Of a stretch of 64,000 bases of DNA, positions 61,449 to 64,000 are shown piece after piece. Below the pieces are notes generated by a model. It worked only from the letters and a program-made list of their open reading frames with translations. It did no database searches and had not been told where the DNA came from. This DNA is from an uncultured Actinomycetes bacterium (GTDB lineage Bacteria > Actinomycetota > Thermoleophilia > UBA2241), in the NCBI GenBank assembly GCA_963755025.1, contig CAVWIH010000020.1, positions 32,001 through 96,000 on the forward strand, given 5' to 3'. Made by a program: the position numbers and the translations under genes. Position 1 is the stretch's first letter. Each line of letters opens with the position of its first letter.

Positions 61449-63053
61449 TCAGTCGGGCGGCAGCAGCCTCACCGTCATGGTGAGGCTCGTGCCGCGGCGC
61501 TCGCGCACGACGGCCACCATGCGGTAGATCGCCAGGCAGCCCGCGAGGATGGCGACCCAGAGCAGGATCGCCTTGGGCTGGTGGGCGATGCTCGTGCCCG
61601 AGTTGGCGTCGGTCAGGTTGAGGTACGCGGCCACGAGCACGGGCGGTATGGTCACGATGCCGAGCCACGTGAGCGAGCTCAGGCCGGCAAAGCGGCGCGC
61701 CGGCGGCAGGGTGAAGTTGCGCCGGCCGGCCACCCGCGGCAGCACGATCGCCACCAGAGCGACGCAGAGCCATTCCGTGAACATGACGATCATGCCCGAG
61801 AGCAGCGAGAGGTGGGCGTAGATCATGAGCGCCGTGAACACGGTGGCCACGGCGAAGGTCAGCAGCAGGGCGCGGTAGGGGGTGTGCCAGCGGGGGTGCA
61901 CCTCGGCGCACCAGCGCGGCAGGAGACCGTCGAGCGACCAGGCGAACAGGCAGCGCGAGACGCACATGGCGGTCGGTCCCACCCAGGCGAAGCCCCACAC
62001 CGTGAAGGCGGCCATGAGGGCGATGGCCAGCACGCCGTGGTGCAGCGCGAGGGCGACCAGCTCGGCGAAGGCCGGCGTAGAACCCAAGCCGAGCTTGGCG
62101 GCCGGCGTGAAGGCCAGGTTGGCGAAGAACGTCATGCCGAACAGGTGGCTCAGGGCGAAGGTCACGCCCAGCAGCCAGGCGAGGGTCCAGGTCGTGGCGC
62201 CGAGCACGCCGATCGACTGCGTGCGGGCCGGACGGCGCACCTCGCCGGCGATGAACACCGAGAAATAGCAGCCCAAAAAGACGATCCACGGCCAGATCGC
62301 GGCGTGCAGCGTGGCCGACCAGGAAAAGCCGGGCGCCTTGCCGGCGGCGAGCGCCGCGACCGGCCCGGCGTGGATACGCGCCAGCTGGCCGTCGACGTGG
62401 GCCAGGGCGCCGGCCCGCGAGAACAGCAGGGCGGCGATCACGACGGCGGCCAGGGCGGCCGTGCCCAGCACGAAGGCCGCGCCCTGGGCGCGAAAGTAGA
62501 GCTTGCCGCCGCGGATCATGAGCGCCGCGTAGGCGGCGAGCACGGCCAGCGAGACGAGGAAGGTGCCGGTCGGGGTGCTCAGCCAGTTGGCCAGATGGTT
62601 CGCCCCGGTGCTGCCGGTGTAGGCGGCCGCGACGCGCGCCAGCGGGGTGAGGCCGTACTCCACCGTGTAAAGGCCGCCGAGCCCCACGAACAGGCAGAAG
62701 TAGGCCATCGCCGCGGCGTTCACGGCGAAGCCCAGGGCGGGGCTCAGCGTGCGCGAGATCGAGACGTAGTCGCCGCCCGAGCGCGGAAACGCGACGGCGA
62801 GGCGCACGTAGAGCAGGTTGAGCGGCAGGATGCCGACGAAGGCCAGCAGCACGGCCAGGTAGAGGTTGGCGCCGGGGTAGAGGCCGGGGCCGAGCAGCGT
62901 GAGCCACACCAGGCCTATGCCGATGTTGGCGTTCATCACGTTGAAGCCAAACACCTGCCACGAGGTGATCTCGCGCACCAGGCCGCTGGCCTGCCGCGCG
63001 AACGGGCTCACCGCCGAGCGCTGCGCCGCGGATTGCTGTGAGAGAGCTTGCAT
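61449..63053 (-). CDS. APC-superfamily permease
   Basis: FARQASGLVREI, FPRSGGDYV.ISR, IAGEVR, SRCLFAWSLDGLLP, HPRWHTP; about 12 TM helices; GGAGG RBS. Confidence 0.85.
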   Translation of the reverse strand: MQALSQQSAAQRSAVSPFARQASGLVREITSWQVFGFNVMNANIGIGLVWLTLLGPGLYPGANLYLAVLLAFVGILPLNLLYVRLAVAFPRSGGDYVSISRTLSPALGFAVNAAAMAYFCLFVGLGGLYTVEYGLTPLARVAAAYTGSTGANHLANWLSTPTGTFLVSLAVLAAYAALMIRGGKLYFRAQGAAFVLGTAALAAVVIAALLFSRAGALAHVDGQLARIHAGPVAALAAGKAPGFSWSATLHAAIWPWIVFLGCYFSVFIAGEVRRPARTQSIGVLGATTWTLAWLLGVTFALSHLFGMTFFANLAFTPAAKLGLGSTPAFAELVALALHHGVLAIALMAAFTVWGFAWVGPTAMCVSRCLFAWSLDGLLPRWCAEVHPRWHTPYRALLLTFAVATVFTALMIYAHLSLLSGMIVMFTEWLCVALVAIVLPRVAGRRNFTLPPARRFAGLSSLTWLGIVTIPPVLVAAYLNLTDANSGTSIAHQPKAILLWVAILAGCLAIYRMVAVVRERRGTSLTMTVRLLPPD

Positions 63054-63192
63054 GTGCCGACCTCCGGATCCTCGCCAGAAAACAACAAATCCCGGGCCGC
63101 CTCTCTGCGAGACTGCCCGGGACCCTGACGCTGCTGGATCCGTGCACGAGCAGTGCCCGCCCCGTACCACGGGGGCGGCGACGGCACCGCTT

Positions 63193-63352
63193 GGAGACAG
63201 GTCTTCTGGCTTGCCGGATCGTCCTTGCGCCGCACCTTCCCACCGGCGTAAAGCCGGCAGTGGCGTGTTCAGCGGCGGTCGTCCCCGGTCACAGCGGCGG
63301 GTCCGCGACGGCTTTGCACCGTCTTCCCTCGAGGCCCCTTACGGGCATCTCC
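63193..63352 (-). ncRNA. Cobalamin riboswitch
   Basis: AGGGAA-GACGGTGCAAAGCCGTC, CCCGCCGCTGT, GCCACTG, GGGAAGG, B12 box AGCCAGAAGACCTG, closing GGAGA/TCTCC stem. Confidence 0.9.
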
Positions 63353-63580
63353 GTCGTTAAGGGTAACGGGGTGCGCGGGGGAGCGTCAACCCAGGGCGGG
63401 CCGGCGTCGGTCCCATCAAACGCATAGGACAGCGCCGGCCGCAGTGCTCGACGAAGTCCTGGCGCTGCTCGACGCGTGTCTCTACTGAGCGCCGCCGGAC
63501 GCGTCACCTGACCCGCTCCAGCGCGGAAGAATGCCGGCACGGGAACGGCGCGGAGCGGCGCCCGCTCCGCTCAGGCCCCG

Positions 63581-63778
63581 TCAGGCGTCGTAGGCGACCA
63601 CCCTGATGAGGCCGATGGTCTCGCCGGTGTCGCCCGCGGTGGTGGAGTCGCTCACCGAGTAGACGGTCGTCGCCTTCTCGTCGGCGAGGAACTTGCCTAC
63701 CGTCTCGTCGAGCTCGGTGAGCTCGCGGATGGTCGCGAAGATCTTGATGGGGGTGGCGAAGGTCTTCACTTTGATCAT
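63581..63778 (-). CDS. Small conserved hypothetical protein (65 aa)
   Basis: MIKVKTF...ELTELDETV..F...SVSD...GETIGLIRVVAY; AAAGGA RBS; strong GC3 bias. Confidence 0.75.
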   Translation of the reverse strand: MIKVKTFATPIKIFATIRELTELDETVGKFLADEKATTVYSVSDSTTAGDTGETIGLIRVVAYDA

Positions 63779-64000
63779 GGCTGTCCTTTCGACCGGTGGG
63801 TGGGCCGGCGCCCCTTGGGCGTCACCCCGAGATACCCACCCGACGTACGTCGCAAGCAGGCCACGAGTTCCCGGGTCGGCAAGGTGGGTGCGCGCCCGTC
63901 GTCAGGGCCCCCGCGGGCTACCCAACGACCCACGTTTTGCCGCCCGTTCGCGGGGGCGTATAGTTAGGCAACGATGGCAATCGTGCGACAATGGGACCTC

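Overview
Very GC-rich chromosomal window, most consistent with a deep-branching actinobacterium (Thermoleophilia/Coriobacteriia-like). This is an inference from the gene content, GAAC-N4-GTTC SOS boxes and TANNNT promoters. It holds mostly housekeeping and stress genes: paaK (partial), a REC-MshEN-PilB/GspE ATPase, accC, a protein disulfide oxidoreductase, a CinA-like protein, a GATase, an M48 protease, a GT4/flippase-like/plsY lipid cluster, dnaE2, a PASTA Ser/Thr kinase, padR, a DEDD-GIY-YIG nuclease, hsp20-lon, a CPA1 antiporter, sdhCDAB plus a macrodomain gene, nrdR-nrdJ, an asp23 operon, an S55 peptidase, tandem methyltransferases and an APC permease. No rRNA, tRNA, CRISPR array or transposase was recognised. 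Many genes carry single-base frameshifts (accC has several), most likely uncorrected assembly errors. The most notable signals are five. (1) dnaE2 and a stand-alone 83-aa ImuB-C-terminus-like protein have near-identical LexA-box promoters, with no imuA/imuB in the window, suggesting a minimal or split mutasome. (2) A cobalamin riboswitch precedes an APC-family permease. (3) Two unannotated minus-strand sRNA candidates each have a promoter, C-rich loop(s) and a terminator. (4) A riboswitch-like attenuator precedes a DUF2254-like gene next to a Na+/H+ antiporter. (5) Short duplications repeatedly echo gene ends. All family assignments come from motif recognition, without database searches.
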